A stretch of 64,000 bases of DNA from Candidatus Acidiferrales bacterium. GTDB taxonomy: Bacteria; Acidobacteriota; Terriglobia; Acidiferrales; UBA7541. The notes below the pieces were generated by a model. It was not told the DNA's origin. It saw only the letters and a list, made by a program, of their open reading frames with translations, and ran no database searches. Both the position numbers and the translations under genes were made by a program. Below, in pieces: positions 45,755 through 54,558 of the stretch. Within the stretch, counting starts at the first letter, position 1. Each line of letters begins with the position of its first letter. The stretch spans positions 1,543 to 65,542 of the forward strand of contig JASHSV010000239.1 of NCBI GenBank assembly GCA_030038535.1, given 5' to 3'.

Positions 45755-46465
45755 ATGAAACTACGAGTGCTGATCGTGGATGCCGACCAAGCTTCGTGCG
45801 AATCGGTGCAAGCGGCCATGGCTGCATCGAATCTGGAGGCCGTGATGGAAACCAGCAGCAGCCGCGCAGCGGAATTCCTCCGCAATGAGAAGTACGACGC
45901 AATGTTTCTGGAGATGCAGATGCCGCCGCCCGACGGCGTGCAACTGGCAAAACTGGCGCGCGGCTCGGGCATGAACCGACGCACGCCGATCATCATGCTC
46001 TCCGGGCAGAACGCGCCGGAGGCAATGTCGAAGGCGTTTGAGGCAGGCGCCAACTTCTTCCTGTTCAAACCGTTTGACCGCGGCCGGCTGATGCGCGTCT
46101 GGCGCGCGGCGCACGGGCCGATCGAGCAGGAAAAACGCAGATTTCACCGCGTGGAAGTGGCCTGCCGCGTGACGATCCAGTGCGGAGAGGACAGAATCGA
46201 AGGCAAGACCGTGGACATGAGCTTACAGGGCTTGCTTGTGGAAACGGTGAAGACGTTTCCGGTCGGATCGCAGGTGCGACTTCGCGTGGAGCTTGGCGGC
46301 GTCCAAAAGACGGTGGCCAACGGGAACGGAAAGGTGGTACGCCTGGCGGGCCTGACCCGGATGGGAATCGAACTCGACGCGCTGACTGGGATCGATGCCG
46401 AACGTCTGCAAAACTTTCTGCTGCCCTTGATATTGAAATCGGTGGGGAATGAAGCGGTGGCGTAA
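45755..46465 (+). CDS. receiver-like domain (phospho-acceptor Asp replaced by Glu) fused to a PilZ domain
   Basis: The receiver fold has VLIVDAD, AMFLEMQMPPPDG (Glu where Asp57 of CheY aligns), IIMLSG and LFKPF. The PilZ domain has RRFHR and DMSLQG. Confidence 0.8.
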   Translation: MKLRVLIVDADQASCESVQAAMAASNLEAVMETSSSRAAEFLRNEKYDAMFLEMQMPPPDGVQLAKLARGSGMNRRTPIIMLSGQNAPEAMSKAFEAGANFFLFKPFDRGRLMRVWRAAHGPIEQEKRRFHRVEVACRVTIQCGEDRIEGKTVDMSLQGLLVETVKTFPVGSQVRLRVELGGVQKTVANGNGKVVRLAGLTRMGIELDALTGIDAERLQNFLLPLILKSVGNEAVA

Positions 46466-46539
46466 CGCGAAGGCCCCTGGCTCGGGGCAGGGCCCGCCAA
46501 AACAATCAGGACGGGGAAATTCCGGAGGTCGGGAACTTG

Positions 46540-47100
46540 CTACTGGGCCCGCTGGACGTAGCGGCCCTCGGATGTATCCACGCGAACGCGGTCGCCGTTG
46601 TTGATGAAGGGCGGAACGCTGATCACCAGGCCGGTTTCCAGCTTCGCGGGCTTCATCACGGCGCTGGCAGTGGCCTTCTGCACCGTAGGTTCGGTGTCGG
46701 TGACGGTGAGGTCCACGGTGTCGGGCAAAATTACGCCGATCGGATTTCCCTCGTGGAATTCCAGCTTCAAATGGATGCCGGGGAGCAGGTAGTCCACCGA
46801 GTCCCCCAGCACCTCGCGGCCCAGGTGGATCTGGTCGAAGGTTTCGGCGTTCATGAAATGCCAGCCGTCGCCGTCGGCGTAGAGAAATTCGTATTCAACT
46901 TCGTCCAGAATGGCGCGCTCGACAAATTCCTCGGCCCGGAACCGGTGATCGATGATCGCGCCGGTTTTCAGGCTGCGCAGGCGGGTGGCCATGGCGCCGC
47001 GTTTGTTGCCGGGGGTGCGGTGCTCGACGCTGAACACAGCGTAGAGATCTCCCTCGAATTGAATCACCATCCCGGGGCGCAATTGTGTTGCCTTTACCAT
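46540..47100 (-). CDS. efp: elongation factor P family protein
   Basis: The ATG at 47100 gives 186 aa with EF-P KOW/OB domains (GDGWHFMNAETFDQ, KPAKLETGLVISVP, RVDTSEGRYVQRA). The modification loop reads TPGNKRGA. Confidence 0.9.
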   Translation of the reverse strand: MVKATQLRPGMVIQFEGDLYAVFSVEHRTPGNKRGAMATRLRSLKTGAIIDHRFRAEEFVERAILDEVEYEFLYADGDGWHFMNAETFDQIHLGREVLGDSVDYLLPGIHLKLEFHEGNPIGVILPDTVDLTVTDTEPTVQKATASAVMKPAKLETGLVISVPPFINNGDRVRVDTSEGRYVQRAQ

Positions 47101-47360
47101 TGCCGAACTCCTTGATTTCTCACGGGACCGCGGGCCCCAACCACCGGCCACAGTACGCAGTCACAGTCCATTTGCGGCGAGCCCTACCCGGTGGTGGTGC
47201 AACAGGCCATCCCGGATCCCAGGAGGGCGCGCGAGATGGAAGGCGCGGGCTGCCACGCGCCGCCCCCCCGACCGCGGGATACTGCGCGCTTCGCGATGCC
47301 CGGCCTCGATTTACTACTATAGCGTGGGCGAGAGGGCTTTTGCCAGCCCAGCGGGCCACT

Positions 47361-48131
47361 TCAGAATTTCACCACGGACTTTCCGGTCTTGTAGATGAGC
47401 ACGTTTCTGCCGGGCACGCCGGCCTCGAGACGGCGCAGTCGGTAGCGGAAAGGACGCTCGGCGTCTTTCTCCACCCAGGATTGCTCCAGCCTGTAATAGG
47501 TCTCGTCCACGTGGGTCACTTTCGGAGGGTCCCAATTGTCTTTCATGCGTGAGGCCCAAATCTCCAGGATTTCGTCTCCCGCCTCGGTGGAATAATGCAG
47601 CTCGTCGCAGAGTCTGGGGCGTCGGGCGCCGAGAGCTTGATGGTGCACGCCCTCAACCAGGGAACTCAGGTTGCGCCGCAGGTCTTCGTCCGAGCGAATC
47701 CGCTCGCGGTGCCGGACGAGGAAAATTGCCCGCTCGAGAAGAAATAGGGGAAACGTGCCCAGCACGTCCTCGGTGAATGCGGCGCCGAACAGCCGCACGG
47801 CTCCTTCGCCGAAAGCGTAGGCAAAAATCCACGTTACGTGGTGGGTGGCGAACACGGCCAAGGCCGCGCCGCCGATTTGAAACTCGGTCGCCCCCTCCTT
47901 GAACTTTCCCAGCAATGCCGCTTCGGTGCCTGAGCTGATCATCGGCGTCATAATCTGGAAATACCAGTACCCCATGGCGATGGTTGCAGCAGTGAGTTCC
48001 AGAAGGCCACTGACGGCACCGGCGCGCTCCCAGTGGACGCGGTCGGAACCGGGCAAGGACCGGCGCCAGGCCTCCGGCAAGAGAGCCGCCACAGGACCCA
48101 GGAGAAAGGTCCAGAAGAATTGTCCCAGCAT
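47361..48131 (-). CDS. hypothetical membrane protein
   Basis: 256 aa. About 4 hydrophobic helices in the N-terminal half are followed by a soluble C-terminal half. I recognise no motif. Confidence 0.5.
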   Translation of the reverse strand: MLGQFFWTFLLGPVAALLPEAWRRSLPGSDRVHWERAGAVSGLLELTAATIAMGYWYFQIMTPMISSGTEAALLGKFKEGATEFQIGGAALAVFATHHVTWIFAYAFGEGAVRLFGAAFTEDVLGTFPLFLLERAIFLVRHRERIRSDEDLRRNLSSLVEGVHHQALGARRPRLCDELHYSTEAGDEILEIWASRMKDNWDPPKVTHVDETYYRLEQSWVEKDAERPFRYRLRRLEAGVPGRNVLIYKTGKSVVKF

Positions 48132-48303
48132 AGGGCGTATTGAGGCCCATTTTACTCACGCGGCGGCGGGAATCCCAATCCTCTCTGCAAGCTCGGAGCC
48201 AAAGAAGCCACCATGGGGCCGTCAGGCTGTGCTTGCTTCTTCGGCCCGCAGTGGAGTAGTTTGTGGCTCTCCCTCCCCGGTGTGGGGCGGGCCAGGAGGC
48301 GCT

Positions 48304-48651
48304 GTGTCGGAACACGCCCGCTTCAATGTTCGATTCGTCGATAAAGGCGTAATTTTGGATGTACAGGGTCCGGTGCGGCTCGGAGAGACCGAGCAGGCTC
48401 TGCGGGAAAAGGTGCAGGAACTCGTGGCCGCGGGAAATCGCAACATTGCGGTGAATCTGTCCGGAGTGACCATGCTGGACAGCTCCGGGATTGGCGCCAT
48501 GGTGCGCTCATTCACTTCGGTAAATCGCGGCGGCGGAAAATTCGTGATTTTCTCGCCGACAAAAATGATCCGCCAGACACTGAAGATGGTTCGTCTGGAT
48601 ACCATCCTCGCCATTTACGACGACGAGGCGGCCGCTCTGGCCGCGTTCTAA
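48304..48651 (+). CDS. STAS-domain anti-sigma-factor antagonist (orphan)
   Basis: GGAGG sits upstream of the GTG at 48304. The protein is 115 aa with VTMLDSSGIGAMV. The upstream part of the 250-aa track ORF overlaps the divergent gene and is not protein-like. Confidence 0.8.
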   Translation: MSEHARFNVRFVDKGVILDVQGPVRLGETEQALREKVQELVAAGNRNIAVNLSGVTMLDSSGIGAMVRSFTSVNRGGGKFVIFSPTKMIRQTLKMVRLDTILAIYDDEAAALAAF

Positions 48652-48929
48652 AGGCGCTCGGAAAGCGTCCGGGCCGGACCTCCCGGTCGCGCCGTGGCGT
48701 CATTTCTTTAGCCGCATTGCGTGACCCTGCCAGCTCGGATACTGTTGCGGACCATTGACGCTGCGGAGGCCCCGTGCGCATCGCTAGGCCCTACAAACCG
48801 GAGGAAATTCGAAAGCGGCGGCAGAGGAGTGTGGAAGCTGCCGCGCTTGCCGCGCTCGCGCGGAATGCATTTGCCCCGACGCGGGCCCGCGGCCGGGAAG
48901 AGCGCTACTGAACCAGGGAGGAGCCGAAC

Positions 48930-49280
48930 ATGACGGACTCGCTCGAACAATGGAATGCATTTCGCGCGGAGATGAACGAAGAGATTCTCGGCTGCGGGCA
49001 TCTGGGCGTGAAGCGGTTTTTCGCGCTGGATCACCAGGCGTACGAGCCGGGCGCTCTCGACACGAAAACCAAGGAGCTGCTGGGCCTGGTGGCGTCGTGC
49101 GTGCTGCGCTGCGACGATTGCATTACGTACCATGTGGTGCGCTGCGGCGAGGTGGGCTGGAAGCGGGAGGAGGTGATCGACGCGCTGAACGTGGCTCTGG
49201 TGGTCGGCGGATCGATCACGATTCCGCACATCCGGCGCGCGTTTGCAAGGATGGGAGAGGTAGAAGGGCTTGGGCGCTGA
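48930..49280 (+). CDS. carboxymuconolactone decarboxylase-family (AhpD-like) protein
   Basis: GGGAGGAG serves as RBS. The protein is 116 aa with a CxxC motif (LRCDDCITYH) in the AhpD-like context. Confidence 0.8.
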   Translation: MTDSLEQWNAFRAEMNEEILGCGHLGVKRFFALDHQAYEPGALDTKTKELLGLVASCVLRCDDCITYHVVRCGEVGWKREEVIDALNVALVVGGSITIPHIRRAFARMGEVEGLGR

Positions 49281-49451
49281 AAGAGCGCTTCCCCGATCCT
49301 TTTGACACTCCAAAGCAAACTGCGAGAGCTGCGCGAGCCGACGTCTAACCTTTGATTCCGCCGGGGCATCTAAAAAGTCGACGGATTCATAGCAGCAAAT
49401 CTTTAACGCAGCAGTAATTCCTCCCCGAACTAAAATGGAGATTGGGAACCA

Positions 49452-50279
49452 ATGAGCGAGACGGCAGTGAAAAACTATCTATTCGCGAGCGATTTCGACC
49501 AGACGTTGACGTTCAACGACTCGGGCTACGTGCTGAGCGAGATCGTGGGGATTCCGACTGGAGAGTTCAAACGCAAAGCCGAGGGCATGGCGAAACTGAA
49601 CCTTGTGCAGCAGGGAGCGGAACTCGCCTACCTGCTGCTGCACGATCCGGAATTCAGATCGCGAGTGCGCCGGGAGCATCTGTACGAAGTGGGAAAGCGC
49701 ATCCGGCTGAAGGAGAACATCGGGCTGCTCTACGCGATTCTTGACCACGGGATCCCGGGATATCACTTCGAGTTCGCAATTCTCTCGGCGGCGCCTCTGG
49801 AGGTAATCCAATCGGCGTTGGAAGGCATCGTGCCGAAAGAAAAAATCTACGGCACGGAGTTCCGTTATACCGAAAGAGGCGAAATCGACACGATCCTGCG
49901 CGCCACGGCCGGGTATGGCAAGGTGACGGTGCTGGACGAACTCCAAGAGAAGCTGCAAATAGGTGCGGACCACGTGGTGTATGCCGGCGACGGAAGCTCC
50001 GACATTCACGTGATGCTGCACGTGAAAGCGCGCGACGGCTTTTCGATATCGGTTTCGGAGAGCCGACGAGTGGCGCATATCGCGGAACGGACAGTGTTGG
50101 GCGATAACGCAGTGGTGGTGCTTGTTCCCATACTTGAGGAGATCGTGGGATGGCGCCGTCCGCAGATCCGCAGCTTCCTGGAGTCTTACGGCTTCCTGAC
50201 ACAGGAGTGGGAAAGCGTTCACACGGATTGGCTGACTCTGCGACCGGCCCTTACGGAGGTTCCACGGGCAAGCATGTAA
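49452..50279 (+). CDS. HAD-superfamily hydrolase
   Basis: Motif I is FASDFDQTLT (DxDxT) and motif IV is YAGDGSSD. Confidence 0.7.
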   Translation: MSETAVKNYLFASDFDQTLTFNDSGYVLSEIVGIPTGEFKRKAEGMAKLNLVQQGAELAYLLLHDPEFRSRVRREHLYEVGKRIRLKENIGLLYAILDHGIPGYHFEFAILSAAPLEVIQSALEGIVPKEKIYGTEFRYTERGEIDTILRATAGYGKVTVLDELQEKLQIGADHVVYAGDGSSDIHVMLHVKARDGFSISVSESRRVAHIAERTVLGDNAVVVLVPILEEIVGWRRPQIRSFLESYGFLTQEWESVHTDWLTLRPALTEVPRASM

Positions 50280-50393
50280 CACCTCTGATCGCCACAGAGG
50301 TGCGTGATAGTGCCCGGTGCCGGTGGCCCCGGGCTCCAAAGGAAGCCGGCTGCGTGCTCACGGGGCCGTGAAAATCGCGCCGGGCCGGAATGA

Positions 50394-51584
50394 CTAGCCG
50401 CGGTCGGGCTCGACTTCTTCAGCGAACACGATGCCGACGGCGTTGCGGTTTTCGTCCTGTGCGGGCTCGCGGCGAACCACGTAGCCGCGGAGGGGAATGC
50501 GGCCGTCCGGGTGTAGTTCGTCTACCGGGGCTTCCATCATCACCTGCAACTCGGATTGGAGGCGGGGAGTGTTTTCCAGATAGAGCAAAGCCCCGTGCAA
50601 AGTGAGATCGCGGATGATGGTCTCTTCTTGGAAAGCGCGGCCTTCCTCGGAGTAGCCTACGATGGTGGCGCGGAAAAAGCCTTCGCGGCGTTGGCCGGCG
50701 CGGCTGTCGCGCATAACCACATCCATTTTCTTCTGATCGAGCGTCATCACCATGCCCTCGGAGGCAGCCCAGGCATTGGCGTATTGCTGGCGGGTCTGGC
50801 GGAGGATGGCATCGACGCCGCGATCGCTCGAATCCGGATCGTGATGGAAGAGGACGAGGTTCTTGGCGCCTGCGTCGCGAACCACGCTGATGCCCTCCAG
50901 CCAGGTGGAATGGCCCCAGCCCTTCTGCGTGGTGCGGAGCTGCTCAGGCGTGTACTGCGCGTCGTGAATGAAGATATCGGCGCCCTCAGCCAACTTCCGC
51001 AAATCGCGATCCAAATCGGGAACGCCGGGCTCGTTGTCCGTGGCATAAACGACGATGCCCGCGGGAGTTTCGAGACGGAAGCCAAGGCAGCCCTGGGGAT
51101 GATTGAGCCATTTGGTGATGACGCGCGTCTCACCGAACTGGATCGTGTCGCCCCCGGCGATTTCCGTGTATTCGCGCTTGCAGTGGAAGATGCTGACGTC
51201 CACGGGGAAATAGGGCGTGGCCATCTGGGTCTGAAGTACGCGCTTCAGGCTGTCTTCGCCCAGATATTTGGATTGGAAGCTGAAGAAATGAAAGTGATTC
51301 TGCTCGGGGACGAAAGGGCTGAAAAACGGAAGGCCTTGGATATGATCCCAGTGATAATGGGTGACGAGCACAACGGCTTCCAATGGACCTTCAGACGGCA
51401 TCTCCATGTAACGCCGGCCGAGGTGACGAAGCCCGGTGCCGCAATCGAGGATGAACCGTTTGCCGTCGGTGGCCACGAACTCGAGGCAGGGTGTGTTCCC
51501 GCCGTAGCGCCACGTGCTGCGGTCCACCGTAGGGGTCGAGCCGCGCACGCCCCAAAACGTCAATTTTGCGCTCTTCTGGGACAT
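50394..51584 (-). CDS. MBL-fold hydrolase fused to a C-terminal PilZ-like domain
   Basis: The N-terminus has FWGVRGSTP...YGGNTPC and THYHWDHIQG (HxHxDH). The C-terminal ~110 aa have QRREGFFR...IRDLTLHGALLY...AVGIVFAEE, which fits a PilZ beta-barrel pattern with partially degenerate motifs. Confidence 0.75.
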   Translation of the reverse strand: MSQKSAKLTFWGVRGSTPTVDRSTWRYGGNTPCLEFVATDGKRFILDCGTGLRHLGRRYMEMPSEGPLEAVVLVTHYHWDHIQGLPFFSPFVPEQNHFHFFSFQSKYLGEDSLKRVLQTQMATPYFPVDVSIFHCKREYTEIAGGDTIQFGETRVITKWLNHPQGCLGFRLETPAGIVVYATDNEPGVPDLDRDLRKLAEGADIFIHDAQYTPEQLRTTQKGWGHSTWLEGISVVRDAGAKNLVLFHHDPDSSDRGVDAILRQTRQQYANAWAASEGMVMTLDQKKMDVVMRDSRAGQRREGFFRATIVGYSEEGRAFQEETIIRDLTLHGALLYLENTPRLQSELQVMMEAPVDELHPDGRIPLRGYVVRREPAQDENRNAVGIVFAEEVEPDRG

Positions 51585-51854
51585 CCGACACCCGTCTCTA
51601 GCTCTCGGCGCTACCCTGACTTCGCCTGAACCCCGCCTATCCCGGCCCGCGCGTGGTGGAAGTCATACTAGGCGCGGGGACAGGGCGAAGTCAATTTTCT
51701 TCCGGGCCACGGGTTCCTATAGAGGAAGCACTCAGGAACAAACGACTCGCCAGAAACCGAGAGAGTGAAGGGCAAAGGCCGCAAATTATGCGGTTAGAGC
51801 TGCGCGACGCGCACTGGAGCCAGAGGTCTGCCAAGTCCGAATGCAGGGTAGACT

Positions 51855-52862
51855 ATGGCCATGGCGTACCCGAGCGGCGCTGGAATCGAGGGGGGCATGC
51901 AGGCTCCGCCACCCGAAGGTGCGCACGGGCATACTCACGCGCATGCACATTTGCATCTTGAGCCGGGCGTCGCCGGAAAATGGAAAGGCGTGATGTTCTG
52001 GTCGGTGGCGGCGACGTTTGGGCTGGTGGTGGCCGAATTGGTGGGCGGCTCGCTGGCCCGGTCCATGGCGCTCATCAGCGACGGAATCCACAATCTCTCG
52101 GACCTGCCGACGCTGTTCATTTCCTGGATCGCGTTGCGGATGTCGGAGAGGCCGCCGGACGCGGAAAAGACGTACGGATACCACCGAGCGGGCATTTTGG
52201 CCGCCTTTACCAACGCCCTGTTGCTGGCAGGCGTAGCGGCTTTTCTGCTGTACGAAGGCGTCGAACGGCTCATCGCGCCGGTGCCCGTTGCGGGCGGCGT
52301 GATGTTTTGGATCTCTGCCGTGGCGCTCGTGGTGAATGGAGGAATCACGCTGGCGGTGGTCCGCGGGCGGAAGGACTTGAACCTCCAGGCCGTGCTGGTT
52401 CACAACGCCGGAGACGCGCTCTCCAACGTGGCCATCCTCGGCGGCGCCTGGGTGATTCAGCGTACGAATGCGTTCTGGCTCGATGCCGTGCTGGGAATCC
52501 TGATCGGGGCACTGGTGTTGTGGTCGAGCCTGACCATCCTGCGGGAGAGCAGCCACATTCTGCTGGAGGGCCTGCCGCGGCACGTGGCGTTGGCAGACGT
52601 GGCGCGCGCCTTGCTGGGCGTACCCGGCGTGCAGGAAGTTCACGATATCCACATCTGGACGCTGGGGACCGAGCTGTTCGCCATTTCCTGCCACGTGCGA
52701 ATTCCAGACATGAACCTGGAAGCGAGCGAAAAGATTCTGGGGGAAATTCGCGGGCTGCTGGCCGGACGGTTCCACATCACGCATGCCACCATCCAATTTG
52801 AACGCGCGGGACTGGCAACAGATCCCGCATTTTACATGCCCCAGCCATTCAAAGCGCCGTAA
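51855..52862 (+). CDS. cation diffusion facilitator (CzcD-like) metal efflux transporter
   Basis: It has a His-rich N-terminus (HGHTHAHAHLH) and TM motifs SLARSMALISDGIHNLSD and HNAGDALSN. A C-terminal cytoplasmic domain is present. Confidence 0.9.
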   Translation: MAMAYPSGAGIEGGMQAPPPEGAHGHTHAHAHLHLEPGVAGKWKGVMFWSVAATFGLVVAELVGGSLARSMALISDGIHNLSDLPTLFISWIALRMSERPPDAEKTYGYHRAGILAAFTNALLLAGVAAFLLYEGVERLIAPVPVAGGVMFWISAVALVVNGGITLAVVRGRKDLNLQAVLVHNAGDALSNVAILGGAWVIQRTNAFWLDAVLGILIGALVLWSSLTILRESSHILLEGLPRHVALADVARALLGVPGVQEVHDIHIWTLGTELFAISCHVRIPDMNLEASEKILGEIRGLLAGRFHITHATIQFERAGLATDPAFYMPQPFKAP

Positions 52863-52887
52863 AGGCGTGATGCGAGGGAACTGTGGG

Positions 52888-53643
52888 TCAGACTTTGGGC
52901 AGTTGGATCGAAGTGCCGCGCTCTTCGTTCATGCGCACCGTGGCGTCCGCATCGAGCTGATCGAGAGCGACACTGCGGCGCAGGCCTTCCCTGGTGATGT
53001 AAACCACGCGGCCTGTCTCGCAGGTAAATGCTACCGCGAACAGCAGCCGGCCGTCGCGCTGGACGAGCACAAACTCGCCCGGATCGGGCAAGGGCTGTTC
53101 ATCCGCAACAGGCTCGGGAAGCGGGGCCGCCGCCGCCACTGGTGGAGGCACAATAATGATGGGGGCTTGTGGGGGCGGATCGGGCTGAGGCGCCGCGCTT
53201 GGCGTCTCCAAAACAATCGGAGCGCTAGCGAACGGGGAAAAATAGTAAGGGTAGGCGCCAAAGCCGGTGCCGCGAAGCCGCAAAGCCAGAGCGATCTCCT
53301 GCTGCGTGATGGGATCAATCAACGCACGAACGCCCAGGTTGCCGTTCACCGCGGCGAGCTGCTCGTAATCGAAGCCCAGACCGGGCACAGGGTAACCCAG
53401 CAAATCCTGGAAGTTCGCGATGGGAGAGTAGATGCTCGAAAGCGTCGAATTCACGGTCGCGCCCGCGGTTCGTGAGGTCAACGGCCCCTGCCTCACCAGC
53501 CCGGACATGCTCCGATCCGAATGCTTGGAGCTGGAAGAACGCGTAGCGGTGGAGCGGCCTGCTGCGGGCGGGCGCGATTGTGCAGACGCACAGATAGCCC
53601 AAAAACCAATCAGGGCGGCAATGGTGAAGACTTTCCTGCCCAT
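52888..53643 (-). CDS. secreted hypothetical protein with Pro-rich linker
   Basis: It has a signal peptide (MGRKVFTIAALIGFWAICASAQS) and a central PAAPQPDPPPQAPIIIVPPP tract. I recognise no domain. Confidence 0.5.
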   Translation of the reverse strand: MGRKVFTIAALIGFWAICASAQSRPPAAGRSTATRSSSSKHSDRSMSGLVRQGPLTSRTAGATVNSTLSSIYSPIANFQDLLGYPVPGLGFDYEQLAAVNGNLGVRALIDPITQQEIALALRLRGTGFGAYPYYFSPFASAPIVLETPSAAPQPDPPPQAPIIIVPPPVAAAAPLPEPVADEQPLPDPGEFVLVQRDGRLLFAVAFTCETGRVVYITREGLRRSVALDQLDADATVRMNEERGTSIQLPKV

Positions 53644-53833
53644 AGGACCTTTCCCTGTTTCGTGGGATGCAGTCTACCCCCCTTTTGTTGCGGTGTCACC
53701 AGTAGTTTCTCGCGGCCCACACGGGAGAGGCCCGCGCCGGGAGGCCGGTCAGAGGGCTGTGCGACAGCATACCCAAGCGAGAGATGGTTGCGCTTCCCGA
53801 TGGGGGCCGGTTGTGTTATAACCACGGGGCCTG

Positions 53834-54007
53834 ATGGAAGACCTAGGGGTTTCCGGGAGCGAAACAAGCCCGGGAGAAGAAAAGGCGCTGCGGACACGAG
53901 ACGCATCGCAGTACTGTCCGTCGTGCTCGGCGGCACTCGAGCAGCGCCAGTGCAAGTTGGTCTGCGCGCGCTGCGGTTATTTCATGTCGTGCTCGGACTA
54001 TTACTGA
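53834..54007 (+). CDS. small zinc-ribbon protein (57 aa, below the ORF-track cutoff)
   Basis: The ATG at 53834 to the TGA at 54005-54007 encodes MEDLGVSGSETSPGEEKALRTRDASQYCPSCSAALEQRQCKLVCARCGYFMSCSDYY. It has a CxxC...CxxC pair. Codon usage is GC3-rich like the neighbouring genes, but the RBS is weak. Confidence 0.35.
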   Translation: MEDLGVSGSETSPGEEKALRTRDASQYCPSCSAALEQRQCKLVCARCGYFMSCSDYY

Positions 54008-54131
54008 GCGGGAGCAGCGCCGCGGAAGAGGCGGCGGGAGTGCTCCAAGTATTGCGGCAGGGGCGCGGCAAACCGAATCGCGGGGCCGCTGGCCGCAGCC
54101 GGGGAATTCAAGCCGAAGGGAGGTTCAAGAC

Positions 54132-54479
54132 GTGCCACTGAAGATTGCGAGCAAAGATGCGGACGGCGTGGTCGTGCTGGAGCTCGAGGGCAAGATCATA
54201 CTGGGGGAAGAGTCGAACTCGTTGCGCGAGCGCATGAAGAATCTTCTGGCCGAAGACCGGCGGAAGATCGTGATGAACATGGGAAACGTGACGTACATCG
54301 ACAGCGCGGGCTTGGGCACTCTGGTGGCGGCTTTCCACAGCGCGCGAAACCACGGCGCGGTGCTCAAGCTCTCCAATCTGGGGCAGAAATTCCAGGAAGT
54401 TTTGCAGGTAACCAAGCTGCTGACCGTCTTTGAAGTGTTTGATTCGGAAGCGGCAGCAGTGCAGAGCTTTGCGAAATAG
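54132..54479 (+). CDS. STAS-domain anti-sigma-factor antagonist (orphan)
   Basis: GGGAGG sits upstream of the GTG at 54132. The protein is 115 aa with VTYIDSAGLGTLV. Confidence 0.85.
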   Translation: MPLKIASKDADGVVVLELEGKIILGEESNSLRERMKNLLAEDRRKIVMNMGNVTYIDSAGLGTLVAAFHSARNHGAVLKLSNLGQKFQEVLQVTKLLTVFEVFDSEAAAVQSFAK

Positions 54480-54558
54480 ATTTGCGGGAATAATTCGTGC
54501 GCGTCGGTCCGGGAGCGGGCTGGCGCGCTTTCGTTTCTGCGCCACGCGCTAAACCGCT

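Noticed and set aside
51585-51854. 270-nt leader upstream of the CzcD-like transporter, considered as a possible metal (NiCo/czcD-type) riboswitch.
   Set aside because: I see only short local hairpins (for example GCCGCA-AATTA-TGCGGT). I cannot match the riboswitch consensus from memory with any confidence. A covariance-model search (Rfam czcD) would be needed.
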